DNA of 63,604 nucleotides, counting the filler, from Octopus bimaculoides (lineage: Eukaryota), in NCBI RefSeq assembly GCF_001194135.2. It is 6 parts of 6 records of this genome, joined end to end, with 100 filler letters (N's around TTAATTAATTAA, not from the genome) between each part and the next. Parts side by side here need not be neighbours in the genome. Positions count along the whole stretch, not along the records: positions 1 to 11,861 come from NC_068986.1; positions 11,962 to 25,241 come from NC_068990.1; 4 more parts are not named here. One strand, written 5' to 3'. A program made the translations under genes and the position numbers. A model generated the notes under the pieces. That model had not been told where the DNA came from. It made no database searches and saw only the letters and a list, made by a program, of their open reading frames with translations. Shown here piece after piece: positions 1 through 12,930 of the stretch. Every line of letters begins with the position of its first letter. The stretch's first letter is position 1.

Positions 1-36
<36 letters not shown>

Positions 37-481
37 ATGTGTACGGTATCTTCAACCGTTCCTGCATTTTGCACTAATGATGGAGGTTTTAAATGGCCAT
101 ATTAGTCTAAAATGATATAAACTTGCGTTAATTTTTGTAGACAAGTGTGATTTCTATTCACGAGCATCCGTGCGAGTTAAAGTGATGGTAAAAGACAAAT
201 CTTGGATATGAATAATTATATTTATCACCATGTATTGAATACTTTTCTCATATTCATTATAAGCAACATTGATGTAGTCGTGGGAGAGAGAGACTGTGTA
301 CAAATTATTGAAAATAGACGAGATATGGGCAGACGTGTGCACATATACTTCTAAATATATGTATGTGTGCATAAAATTTAAATATACTTTTTCCCATATG
401 CAAAGATGTGTATATCTATGATTGAGTGTTTGTTAGTGTTTGTAATGTGTTTACGTTTGCATTTGTGCCGAGTATGTTTAC

Positions 482-526
<45 letters not shown>

Positions 527-1099
527 CGTGTAGTGTTCGTGTATTTGTGTATGTGTGTATACGTGTGTGAGTGTCGTTCTGTCTCTAGGGAAGTGTGACT
601 TTCACATAACTTCCGTTATAATTATGTTCGCCTGTATTTGAATGACTGTCTATTCGGTGAGCAATGTGTATGCGCGTATGTACATGCATATATGAGTGCG
701 TATTTGCATGTACGTATATGTGAATGAGTGTCACTTAGACATCATCAGTCCCAGTATGAAACAATGCAAAACAAAAACAGACACTATCAAATTTTTAAAA
801 TACCAAATCTAAACTGAAAAATAACCTCTGACTACGATCGCTTCTAGGCTCATGATAAAAAATTTTGACGACGGCGTTTCTGGCCTTCCATAACTAGCAG
901 GTGCGCCTGTAAACAAAATATAGCCTCACTGACGCCACCCGAGGTACAGGCAGCAGTTGAGTCGGGGCACGTGTCGAGCCGTGATAGGGTACAATGGAAC
1001 TTTCCTTCAGTTATGCCTACTGGTCGCCGACCAACGCCAAACAACAAAAGAATCAGTGTTTAGCTCGAACGGGGAAACGATTCACACGTCCAACCCCTT

Positions 1100-1451
1100 A
1101 ACATCCCCACTACCACCACCACCACCACCACCACCATCACCACCAGCACGCACATTCTCCACACCCCGCGTCTCATTCCCCTCTCACCACGACCAAGATA
1201 TGCTCTCACCACCACCACCACCACCACCCGTAACGTCACGTCCACCCCGCAGTCGCAGTTGTTATTAAAGATAAAACTTCTTCCCCACCACCATCACCTC
1301 CCCATCTCCACATTCAACCCGGTATCTACCAACACGTTGACAACGACAACGACTACTACTACTACTACAACTACAACTACTACAACTACTACTACTATCA
1401 CTACTATCACTACTACTACTACTGTTGCCACTACTACTACTACTACTACTG

Positions 1452-1483
<32 letters not shown>

Positions 1484-1720
1484 GGTACTACTGCTGCTGC
1501 GACTACGACTAGTACTACTACTACTGCTACTACTGCTACTACTACTACTGCTGTTGCGACTACTACTACTGCTGTTGCTACTGTTACTACCACCGCCACC
1601 ACCACCTCAAAGGATACATACCTACCCCTATTGCAAACCATTACCTCCAACAGCACAACCAGAAACACAAAAATATCACCACAACCACAACCACCACGAC
1701 TAAACCAACACCACCACTCC
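1100..1720. repeat. Compound trinucleotide low-complexity tract (ACC/ACT/GCT)n
   Basis: Direct inspection; it explains the poly-Thr, poly-Val and poly-Leu ORFs. Confidence 0.95.
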
Positions 1721-1884
1721 ACCCCCATTCTGCCGCAGCAATACTACCGTCGCAATCAGGGGTCGGGGAACTTTTTTCACCAAAATATATTGATCTACGC
1801 CGACGTTACCCCCATGATTCGAAAGGAAGAGAATCAGAGATAACGAGGAACACGGTTTTTATATAATATTACTTATGTATCATA

Positions 1885-2291
1885 GGCGCAGGAGTGGCTG
1901 TGTGGTAAGTAGCTTGCTTACCAACCACATGGTCCTGGGTTCAGACCCACTGCATGGCACCTTGGGCAAGTGCCTCCTACTATAGCCTCGGCCCGACCAA
2001 AGCCTTGTGAGTGGATTTAGTAGACGGAAACTGAAAGAAGCCCGTCGTATATATGTATATATATATATATGTATGTGTGTTTGTGTGTCTGTGTTTGTCC
2101 CCCCATCATCGCTTGACAACCGATGCTGGTGTGTTTACGTCCCCGTAACTTAGCGGTTCGGCAAAAAAGACCGATAGAATAAGTACTAGGCTTACAAAGA
2201 ATAAGTTCTGGGGTCGATTTGCTCGACCAAAGGCGGTGCTCCAGCATGGCCGCAGTCAAATGACTGAAACAAGTAAAAGAGTAAAAGAATA
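1885..2291 (+). mobile_element. Full-length tRNA-derived CORE-like SINE (family A); further copies near 6620-7385, 9250-9480, 13405-13780, 25342-25540, 29530-30240, 32700-33790, 34220-34565, 36250-36550, 42560-42900, 57140-57430 and 62660-63030
   Basis: A-box TGGCTGTGTGG, B-box GGTTCAG.CCC, CORE-like ACCTTGGGCAAGT, an internal (TA)/(TG) microsatellite and an AGTAAAAG tail; multicopy in the window. Confidence 0.85.
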
Positions 2292-2782
2292 TGTCTTATG
2301 AGTCCTCATTACCCACCAAGAATTTCATTTTTATCTCACTTGGGGTAATTTACCTCACTTGGGGTAAACACATGGATCAAGTGAAGTTTTTTTTATTGTT
2401 GTTTTTTTTTTTTATAGATGGCTCGATACTGACGGTAGCATTTTGACCAGTTATATCCCATAACCGGGACAATGTACAAGTATAACCACTCTATTTCTCA
2501 TACTGAAATTACTGTTTTCTGACTTAGAGACAACAGATAATGTGTGTGTGTGTGTGTGTGTGTGTTCATTTATTAAGCTAAAGCAATTTAAATTATAAAA
2601 TAAGTAATATAAGTCGATGATTTGTGCTTTTACTGTGTATTTCAGTATAGAAATAGGTGAAGGTACAAACCATCGATTTGTATTATTTCTTATATCTTGC
2701 ATTGTTTTGACTTTAAAAAGATTAAGAACATTTATTGATTTGAGACCATGCTTTATGCAATCTATACTACTCATATATATAT

Positions 2783-2842
<60 letters not shown>

Positions 2843-4031
2843 TGATTGTTCCGTTGCCACAGCTGAATGCGGTCTCCTTGTGCTTTCTCGTTGGCATTTC
2901 TGTCTCTCCATCCATGACTTCTCAAATGACTATTCGGTCCCGTTACACATCTGCATGGTTTGCAAACGAAAGTCGAAAGTGCTGTGTGCTTTCCAACTGG
3001 ATAAGTCTGCACATGTTGCCCTCTTCTGTCGCCATAAGACTTCCATTGGATGGGATGACAAATGAGATAACCATAAAGAGGCATTTGTGCATTATTGGAA
3101 TATAGTGAAATGACCAGTAATCACGCGAAACCGCAGGTTTTACAACAGAATGTCCGTCCCTCTCGTAGAAGGATGTTGTAACAACAGCTAGGGGTCACTC
3201 ACACCCAGTGTTTTTTTCTGGTGGAGGCGCGTGGCGTAGTGGTTAGGGTGGTGGACTCATGATTGTTAGATTATGGTTTCGATTCGTGTTGTGGTCTTGA
3301 GCAAAACACTTCATTTCAAGTTGCTGCAGTCCACTCAGCTGACAAAAGTGAGTACTCCTGCGACAAACAGGCGTCTCGTCCAGGTGGAGAATATATACGC
3401 CATGAAACCGGCAAACCGGCCCATATGAGTCGGTATGACTCGAGAAAGTAACTTTACTTTACTAGTGATTTCACTGCGCGCCCAAACACTTATCAATGGT
3501 ATTTCTGAGTCACCGCACCCAAATGGAATGTCATTATATATGCTAATTAATCCATAGCTGGGACCCTGACAAGTGCCACTACTCCGGGTCCGAGTTGATT
3601 TGGAAAATAACAATGGCTCAGAAGTAGCCCCATGGAACTCCTGAACTAGTGCGCCACAACCGGATGTAATTTAAGGTCGTACATACATACATACATACAT
3701 GCATATATACATGATGGTAGTCTCTCGTAGTCCGAAAAAGACGGCTTTGCAATTTCCTGCTGAACGACCGGCACGTTGCTAAAAGACATAGACACGTTTC
3801 AGCAAAATGCCGAAATAATTACATAATAGTAGTAGAAACATTATGCAATCATGCATTTCCCTTCGTCAGTGTCCTGCTATAAAAGCAAGAATTTCTGTTG
3901 AGGCCCCAGGTATATATAATTTTTCCCGTTATGAAAATAATCAACAACTTCGCATATACATAAAATACCCGACAAAGCATCACGTGAAGGAAATCAGAAC
4001 AACGCCATGCTTCCTCCACCTCATCCTCCTC

Positions 4032-4067
<36 letters not shown>

Positions 4068-6045
4068 TTCTCTCTCTCTCTTTCTTTCTCTGAGAAGCCT
4101 AGGACTTGTATTCACATGAAATTGAATAAACCCTATATTTCTGAATATCTTGAGTATTTTATTGAATAAGTAGTCTCTTTAACACTTCGATGATCATCTT
4201 GTGATGTGTGTATGCGCGTGCGCGCGTGTGTGTGCGTGCGTGCGTGTGTGCGTATACATGCATATTTGCACGCGTGCATATATACACATATACCAAAAGC
4301 GTAAATGAGAATAATTATTGACATCTGTTTTGAAACTTGCAACTCCTTTACCATTATTATACTAATTCCCGTTTATACCAAATAATTATTTGTGATAGTC
4401 TGGAATAACAAGGATTTCGAGCAAGGAAAAAGACCTACTAACACACACATTACATATACAATCTGTAAGCGCAACAATACAACTATGTAAGACTTTTCTA
4501 AAGTCCAACATATAAATATTAACGTTGTTGTTATTTAAATTTAAGCGATAGAACTTTGGTCACTTTGTTAGAAACCAACACCTTCCTTCTTCGAAGATTT
4601 CTTATAAATAAATAAAAATTTTAAACTATAGATAAATATACGCGCGTTTGCAAACTGTGTAGAAATTTTGACATTCTGAAAGAATCCAAGCAAGATTCTT
4701 CTTCTAAGAACGTCTTTTAGTACAGATCAAAACCAAATTGAAAGAGTATCCTCGGGCCAAAATAATCGTTCTCAGGCTTCATGTCTAACATGGAATAATA
4801 GATAAACAAATAGATAAATATAATGTATATAAAAGTGGGTAGTTGTTGGGTAGCAGACGATGATTATTGAATCTGCTCGAAAGGAGTTGAACTGGGGCGA
4901 ACCTTCATGACAAGCCAACGAGACAGCTTGTACGAGGAAGCTTACGATCCAGATATAGCAGCGAAAGTTCCCTCAACCTTATACTGATTTCAATATTTGG
5001 CACAGAGCCAGCAAGTTCGGGGTAAGCAATAAGTCGATTATATCGACCCCAGTGCTCAACTGGTATTTATTTTATCGACCCCGAAAGGATGAAAACGGAG
5101 AAAATACCACCTAGCATTTTGCCCAGCATGGTAACAAATCTGCCGGCTCGCTACCTTAAATCTTATCATATTACAAGAAAGATGAACATATTACATAATG
5201 AATAGTTCTCGATGCACTGTATCTTAATTTAAGAAAGGATGGTCACGCTCAGATGCCCTACAGAAATTAAGGCTTCCTTACAACTCTAAACAATAACATA
5301 TACACATCCACCGCATTCATTTGCTTCATTCATCCACCCCATTCATCCAACCCATTCGTCCACCTCTTTCACCCTTCCACCCGTTTCCTCTTTTACACGG
5401 TTTCATGCCAGTCATGACTAAACAATTGTTTTATCTTCACTCCACCTCTAAGTGCAAGTTTCGGGCGGTGGGTGGACTGCTTCATAGAATCTCTGCTGTA
5501 GTAGTAGTAGTAGTAGTAGTNNNNNNNNNNNNNNNNNNNNNNNNNNNNNNNNNNNNNNNNNNNNNNNNNNNNNNNNNNNNNNNNNNNNNNNNNNNNNNNN
5601 NNNNNNNNNNNNNNNNNNNNNNNNNNNNNNNNNNNNNNNNNNNNNNNNNNNNNNNNNNNNNNNNNNNNNNNNNNNNNNNNNNNNNNNNNNNNNNNNNNNN
5701 NNNNNNNNNNNNNNNNNNNNNNNNNNNNNNNNNNNNNNNNNNNNNNNNNNNNNNNNNNNNNNNNNNNNNNNNNNNNNNNNNNNNNNNNNNNNNNNNNNNN
5801 NNNNNNNNNNNNNNNNNNNNNNNNNNNNNNNNNNNNNNNNNNNNNNNNNNNNNNNNNNNNNNNNNNNNNNNNNNNNNNNNNNAAGTAGGAGGAGAAGGAG
5901 AAGAAAGAGGACGGTGAGAAGAAGTAAAAAGGTGGAGGCGAAGGAGGAGACGGAAGAGTAGTGCGTGGGGGTTAAATGGACTTCAGCGTGTTTAATTACA
6001 CCTCTCTTCTACCCACTTCTCTCTCCCTCTCTCTCTCCCTCTCTC

Positions 6046-6085
<40 letters not shown>

Positions 6086-8454
6086 GCCATAATAGAGTAC
6101 CTTAAACACAAAAATATTAACAACAAATAAATAGCAAATAACACCACTGTTGTTGTATTCAATGTTTAAATAACATTTTATCGACGATATTCATCTTCTT
6201 GTTTAATAATTGGCATTTTTTTTTCAATTTAAACAAATCGGTTTCATTTATTTATTTATTTATTTATATTTTTACTTGTTCGTGTATTTATTTTATTTAT
6301 TTATTTATGTATTTATTTATGTATTTATTCATTTATTATTTAACGCTTTATTTAAAAAGCAATTGATTTTTTTCCCTTTTATTCATTTCTGCTAACCAAT
6401 AGATGTTATTGGTGTTGTTGTTATTGTCTTTATGGTTGCTATTGTTGTTGTTGTTACTGCTACTGCTCTTGATGTTGGTCGTGGTGGTGGTGTAAGGGAG
6501 GATCATACTGTTATTATTGTTGCTGTTGTCCAGTCCCGGGTCAGTATTGACTCAGCAAACTTATGGCCAAGAGCGCTCCATCCGTAGCCATCCCTTCCCG
6601 ACTCTTCCTACATAAGATATCTCACACTACATCATACAATGCATCCTTCTGTGTTTTGTTTAAGTCTCTGGACTGCGGCCATCCTGGTGCACTGCGTTCA
6701 AGGGCTCAGTCAAACAAATTGACTCCAGTTCTAATTTTTAAAGTCTGGTTTCTTTTATCGAACTTATGTGGACGTAAACAAACCAACACCGGTTGTCAAG
6801 TGACGGGCTTCATTCAGTTTTCGTCTATCAACTCCACTCACAAGGCTTTGGTTGACTCGGGATTATACTGGAAGACACTTGTCCAAGGTGCCACATTGTG
6901 GGACTGAACGCAGAGCCATGTGGTTTGGATGCAAACAGCTTAGCTCGCTTTGCAACTACATGGTTTCAGGTTCAGTCCTACTGCATGGTACCTGGGGCAA
7001 GAGTCTTCTACTAGCTCCGGGCCGACCAGTGCCTTGTGATTGGTTTTGCTAGACGGAAACTGTGTAGAAGCACGTTGTATGCATATGTCTGTGTCTGTGT
7101 CAGTCTGTGTGGGTGTGGGTGTGTGTGTGTGTGTGTGTGTGGGTGTGTGTGTGCGTGTGTGTGTGCGTGTGTGCGCGCGCGCGTTTCCTCGCTTGACAAC
7201 CGGTGTTAGTTTGCTTACGTCTTCGTAGCTTAGCAGATTCGACAAAAGTGAACAAAATAAGTACCAAATTTTAAAAAGGAAAAAACATGTACTGGAGTGG
7301 GGGGGTCGATGTGTTCGATTAAACCCGTCAGGCAATGCCCCAGTATGGTTGCAATCCAATGACAGAAGCAAGTAAAAGATAACAGATACTTCATTGTCAC
7401 TTAGAGACGAAATAATAGCTTACTCCAATGACACAACGCACATATTTGGATCAAAGCTGATTAAATCATTCCTACATACGCCCTTGGTGTATATTATATC
7501 AACAATGAAGAGATGAAAACCAGAGTCCACCTCAGCAGAGTTTAAAACCATAATATAACAATTCATCGGTTAAATAACGATCCTGACGTATCACATAGGT
7601 TTAAAACTATTACAAGAGATTTGAAGAACGTATATTTAAATATCCTTTCTACTATAGAGAAGGCTTGAAATTTGGGGAGAAGAGGCTAGTCGATTACATC
7701 GACCTCAGTGCTCAACTCGTATTTATTTTATCGGCTGCGAAAGGATGAAAGGCAAAGTAGACCACGATGGAATTTGAGCCTGTAACATTAAAACGGACGA
7801 AATGCCATTAAGCATTATGTCCAGAGTGCTAACGATTCTGCCAGCTCGCAACCTTGACATGTATTTAAATGTCAAAAACCTAATTTCATTGTCTTTTCAT
7901 CAGTTAATGTATCACATTATGAGGGCGCTGAGCTGGCAGAATCGTTAGCGCACCGAGAGAAATGCTTAGCAGCGTTTCATCCGTCTTCACATTTTGAGTT
8001 CAATTTCGCGGGTAGGATAAGTCGGGGGTGTTCAACTGATGCTTATCTTATCGACCTGACGAAAGGATGGCAGGCAAAGTCAACCTCAGCAGGATTTGAA
8101 CTCGCAATGTAACTTCAGAATTTTATTTTTTAAAAACAGATTAATTAGGTCTTATATTTTATTTGTTTTTTGGACGGTATGTTTTTTTTATATATATTTT
8201 CTCATATATTAATAAAGATATTTTTATCACTCATGATGGAACATAATGCTGATTCTGAGTTGCAAGAAAGTTGATGTTATTCGGCTCAACATCAACATCG
8301 GTATTGTATCAGTTCCTCCTGTGCTCTAGAGTACACTGGGAGCAAGTTGATGCCACAGGTTTTCGTTAGCTACGGTTTTCTCTTCATCCGCCCTATGATA
8401 TTCATCTCTCTCATATCAGTTATAAATGTTCTGCGCCATGTAGTTTTTCGACTG

Positions 8455-8840
8455 TGGAGGCACAATGGCCCAGTGGTTAGGGCAGCGGACACGCGGTCAT
8501 AGGATCGCGGTTTCGATTCCCAGACCGGGCGTTGTGAGTGCTTTTTGAGCGAAAACACCTAAGGCTCCACGAGGCTCCGGCAGGGGATGGTGGCGAACCT
8601 TGCTGTACTCTTTCACCACAACTTTCTCTCTCACTCTTACTTTCTGTTTCTGTTGTGCCTCTAATTCAAAGAGCCAGCCTTGTCACACTGTGTCACGCTG
8701 AATATCCTCGAGAACTACGTTAAGAGTACACATGTCTGTGGAGTGCTCAGCCACTTGCACGTTAATTTCACGAGCAGACTGTTCCGTTGATCGGATCAAC
8801 TGGAACCCTCGACGTCGTAAGCGACGGAGTGCCAAAAAGT
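8455..8840 (+). mobile_element. tRNA-derived SINE (third family); related heads at 3225-3470 and 53445-53730
   Basis: TGGCCCAGTGGTTAGGG A-box and GTTTCGATTCCC B-box, followed by a non-tRNA body. Confidence 0.7.
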
Positions 8841-9491
8841 TTTTTGACTACCTCTCATTCTTTTCTCTTCCTCCGCTGGTGTCCATTTGAAAGCTGTTTT
8901 AGAATGGCTTTGTTCTAGCAGCCGGAGTATGTGACTGGCTAGTTTTAATTGTTCTACAACGATTTCGCTAAGTGGTCCTGTGCTGGCTTAGGTCAAACTT
9001 TTGATCAACAACATTTCAATCGTGACGTTATCGTTCTATTTTCAGAAGCAGTGTATCTAGAACTACATTGCGCAATATTTCCCACCTTTTTTAATGTACT
9101 AGGGCGTAATTGAAGAAATCTAGCTGTATCTGTAGCAGCGTGAACGACTCGTAAAGGTTCGTTCACTCAGCAAGGTAATGTGTGAGGTTGAAGGTATTAT
9201 TACCTTACTGGTTTACAGTGAACAGAATTTTACTAAGTGATTGATATTTTTTTTTTGTTTCAGTCATCTGACTGCGGCCATGCTGGAACACCGCCTTTAG
9301 TCGAACAAATCGAGCCCAGGTCTTATTCTTTTTAAGCCTAGTACTTATTCTATCGGCTCTCTTTTGCCAAACCGCTAAGTTACGGTTCTCAAGCGATGGT
9401 AGGGGGGACAAACACAGACACACAAATGTATACATATACATACATACATACATACATACATACATACATACATACACATACATACATTCAT

Positions 9492-9540
<49 letters not shown>

Positions 9541-11698
9541 GCTTTGTGAGCGAAGTTGGTAGACGGAGACTGTGAAATTGTTTATTGCTATTTCTAAGAT
9601 GGAAAATTTGGCCTTTCAACCATATTTAAAAACAAAATGCTTTAAAGATTTAATAAATAATTTGCAAATGAAAAGAAATTCACTATTACACGACTAAGTT
9701 TGGATCAGCAACTGAGAAGATACTCGGAGTAAACAACATACAATCTTTCAAATTCCACAGTTAGGAGGTCAACTGACAGAAGCAGAAGAGTAAACTTACA
9801 TGCTAAAACCTCTCTATCTAGAATATATTGTCATAAGGTCAAAACTTAAAGTAAAAGGCCTAAACCAAATCATAGGGCAGAGTGCCTTTACATATATATA
9901 ATTAGCTTAGTGGCATTATCTTTGTAGTATTAGCTTAGTGGTTCTGTTTACGCAACCTACTGAAGTACCTGGTGACACCAAACGAAGAAGCGAAACTGAT
10001 ACCGTGCAAGGTGAATCCTGGAATCCAAGAAAATTAATGCCGGTTTGCGTCGTGGGCAAAATTAAACCAAATTAGAATTTGCAGAATATCGATAGGGTCG
10101 AACATTTTGACGTAGTACAAACTCCTTGTAATTTTCTATAGATTTAACCTTCAGGCTAAATTTCCATACTGGAAATTCGAGTTAGAATATTTCTCTTAAG
10201 ACTTTGGTTGCATGTAGCCCCACTGAGTTCTTTCTAAACGCTACCCAATTGTTCTTCAATTCAATCTTAGTGTTCTTCGACAAGTTTTCTTACCACTACC
10301 TTTCTTTGTTTCAACACGTTTGGGTTCCATTCCTGCATTGCGCGTTTCCGTTCTTCCACCATAGCATTGATGATACCTGTCGTTCATACTTATTATCAAA
10401 TAAATGAATGGCTGATATACTGAATACTCTCATTTAATTGAAATTTCTCTCTTAGATGGAGAAATAAAAACCAAAACCTAACAGTAATTGTTGGCGACTC
10501 TTGTTTATTATCATTTGTTCGTCATCCCCGACGGAGTTTGGCCATGTTATATTAATGTTTTTGTGCAGACAACACCGATTGAAAATATCACACTGATGTA
10601 ATTAATAACTTAGCCGACCTTGTTCACCTCTCAAATACCTTGTTGCCGTGTATAACGAGAATGCCAAAGAGGAATATAGCAATCTTACGACATTTTAAAT
10701 TAATTCAGACCCAGAATCGCCCAGAAATACGCCGTCACCATAATTTACTTGATATCTCTAGTTTGTTGTATTCATTACGACACACCAAATCATTTGTGTC
10801 CCAAAACAAACGACTGATCTGATAGGTCGAGATCGATATGTTACCTCCAAATTTATGGTCTCGTGCCTATGTTAAGAATCAATATTTCTGAATATATTCA
10901 TTCAAAATGTCTACTACATTATATCCAATATGGCCGACATGCTTACACTTAATTACTTTCATCTTTTATGGGTCTTGAGAGATCAACTAGCATACGTTTA
11001 TATTTAAATGCCATTGATGAGTAAATAACGCCCATTACCACATTATCAGAGTTGCTTCTAGGTGAAGCAACGCCTACACAATTGGTACCAAGACTATCAT
11101 TACTGCTGCTAGTAGCAGCGTCACCTACAATGCTTGTACCATCTTTACTACCACCCATCACAGTTGCTAACGGCTTGAGGGAGACGTTAGTAAACATGAC
11201 GGGAGGGTTTATGTTTGTCATTCATGCAGCTTAAAGAAAAGCTAATACAAAAATGAATAAAGGATTAGATAACTAGATATGCACTGTATACGTAGGTAAA
11301 CAAAGAGACATACAAACAGGTAGAGACGTACATTAGAGACAGAGAGAGAGAGAGTACAGAGAGGCAGGCAAATAGACAGAAATGGAACAATAAATAAATA
11401 TATGGGTAGATGGAAGGATCGATCGATGGATGGATTGATGCATGTATGGATAGATGGGTGAAAAGGGGTGGATGGAGGATTTGGTGAAGAGACGGAAGGT
11501 CATAAAGACACAGACACGTGGAAGAAAGGTACAAGACGGAGATAGATAATTGAAATATGGGAATACAAACAAACGCATAACGTATATATATTAATATTTA
11601 GACACAAACGCATGTGCGCCCCCAAGTGTGTGTGCGCGTGCGCGCGTTTATACATATAAACTTACATGAGTCAAACAAGTAAATAGAAAGATAGATAA

Positions 11699-11732
<34 letters not shown>

Positions 11733-11861
11733 CGTGTAGGTACACACATGCATGCACATACAGGTAGATAGATAATACATATATACATATTTGTGAGTGT
11801 GTGTGTTTATATATATATATATATATATGTGTGCGTATGCATATATATATATATATATATA

Positions 11862-11961
11862 NNNNNNNNNNNNNNNNNNNNNNNNNNNNNNNNNNNNNNN
11901 NNNNNTTAATTAATTAANNNNNNNNNNNNNNNNNNNNNNNNNNNNNNNNNNNNNNNNNNNN
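11862..11961. other. Assembly join spacer (44 N + TTAATTAATTAA + 44 N); same pattern centred at 25286, 45737, 49914 and 56134
   Basis: An identical 12-mer with stops in all six frames sits inside 100-nt N blocks five times, so it is artificial. Confidence 0.95.
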
Positions 11962-12652
11962 TAAAAAAAAAAAAAAAAACAGAAGTGAAACATAAGATAG
12001 TAGACATTTCACAGAAATAAACCCACAATCCCATATCGTTTTTATTCATCAACTATTGAGAAATGAAACCATCCTGTGCCCTTATCCTTAGACTTACTAA
12101 TTACCGAGAGACAGGCCCTCGTGGAGGTCCCACATTTTCTAAATAGCCAACACTGCCCACCCTTTCACTTTTTTCTTCAACACCAGAAAATGCTTCATCC
12201 GTAACAGCTACTCACCTTCAAATACTAAAATACTACTGACATTGCAAAGATATATCTACCCTTCATTTCACGTGCGCGTGCACGCACACACACACATACA
12301 CGCACACACACACACATACACACACACACACACTCACGCACTCACACCCACCCACTCACACACACACTCAGTAAAACACACACACACACAAACATACATA
12401 CACACACTCTCACACATGTACACACACCCAAACACATTATCAAACACATACATAAGCACACAAATGCACATATCTACAAACACGCATACAAACATACACT
12501 CATACACCCTCCCCACGCACACACACATTCGCAACCACGAATATTTCGTTAAAAAAGTATGTATTAGCGACAAAGGCACTATCGATACCGAGAAGTAATA
12601 TTTATTCCCACTTAAACTTGGATGTTCTGTTAGAACAAACTATACAGCAGAG

Positions 12653-12731
12653 ATATCATGAGAGAAACTCTGAAATGGGTTTTTGATGCCAAATGTACCA
12701 AAAACCAATTTCAGAGTTTCTCTCATGATAT
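12653..12731. repeat. Near-perfect hairpin (32-bp arms, 1 mismatch, 15-nt loop)
   Basis: ATATCATGAGAGAAACTCTGAAATGGGTTTTT versus the reverse complement of 12700-12731. Confidence 0.9.
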
Positions 12732-12736
12732 ATACT

Positions 12737-12930
12737 AGCAGGGAGATAAATCCCCGACATCTCCAGCGCCGAGACCACCAGAGTACGTGATATCAACCTT
12801 CCTTCGTCTTATCACTAATGAACGCTTGCCGCCAGCGATATCTGGAAAAACAGTGCCAGATCAAGGAAGGTCAAAATCATGTAATCTGATGGTCTCGGTG
12901 CTGGAGATGGCAAGGATTTATCTCCTCGCT
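12737..12930. repeat. Foldback/MITE-like inverted repeat, about 72-bp arms with a 50-bp spacer
   Basis: 12737-12808 versus the reverse complement of 12859-12930; mismatches are mostly transitions. Confidence 0.8.

Noticed and set aside
850-1047. 65-aa GC-richer minus-strand ORF ending KRRRQNFLS, with a possible internal acceptor
   Set aside because: No recognisable homology, no partner exons and no clear reading frame choice; cannot be supported from the sequence alone.
1259-1843. 194-aa Thr-rich 'mucin-like' ORF and the overlapping poly-Val/poly-Leu ORFs
   Set aside because: Fully explained by (ACT/ACC)n microsatellite; it is open in several frames and has no splice or domain support.
8455-8530. 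tRNA-like sequences with A and B boxes (also 1885, 3225, 53445)
   Set aside because: No complete cloverleaf or acceptor stem, and each continues into a multicopy SINE body; these are SINE heads, not tRNA genes.
10915-10990. CRIB-like fragments (DLSRP...KHVGHIG) on the minus strand
   Set aside because: The two halves are in different frames with wrong spacing and an intervening stop; probably chance.
11906-11917. Recurrent TTAATTAATTAA palindrome (five occurrences)
   Set aside because: Always centred in 100-nt N blocks; it is an artificial six-frame-stop scaffolding spacer.
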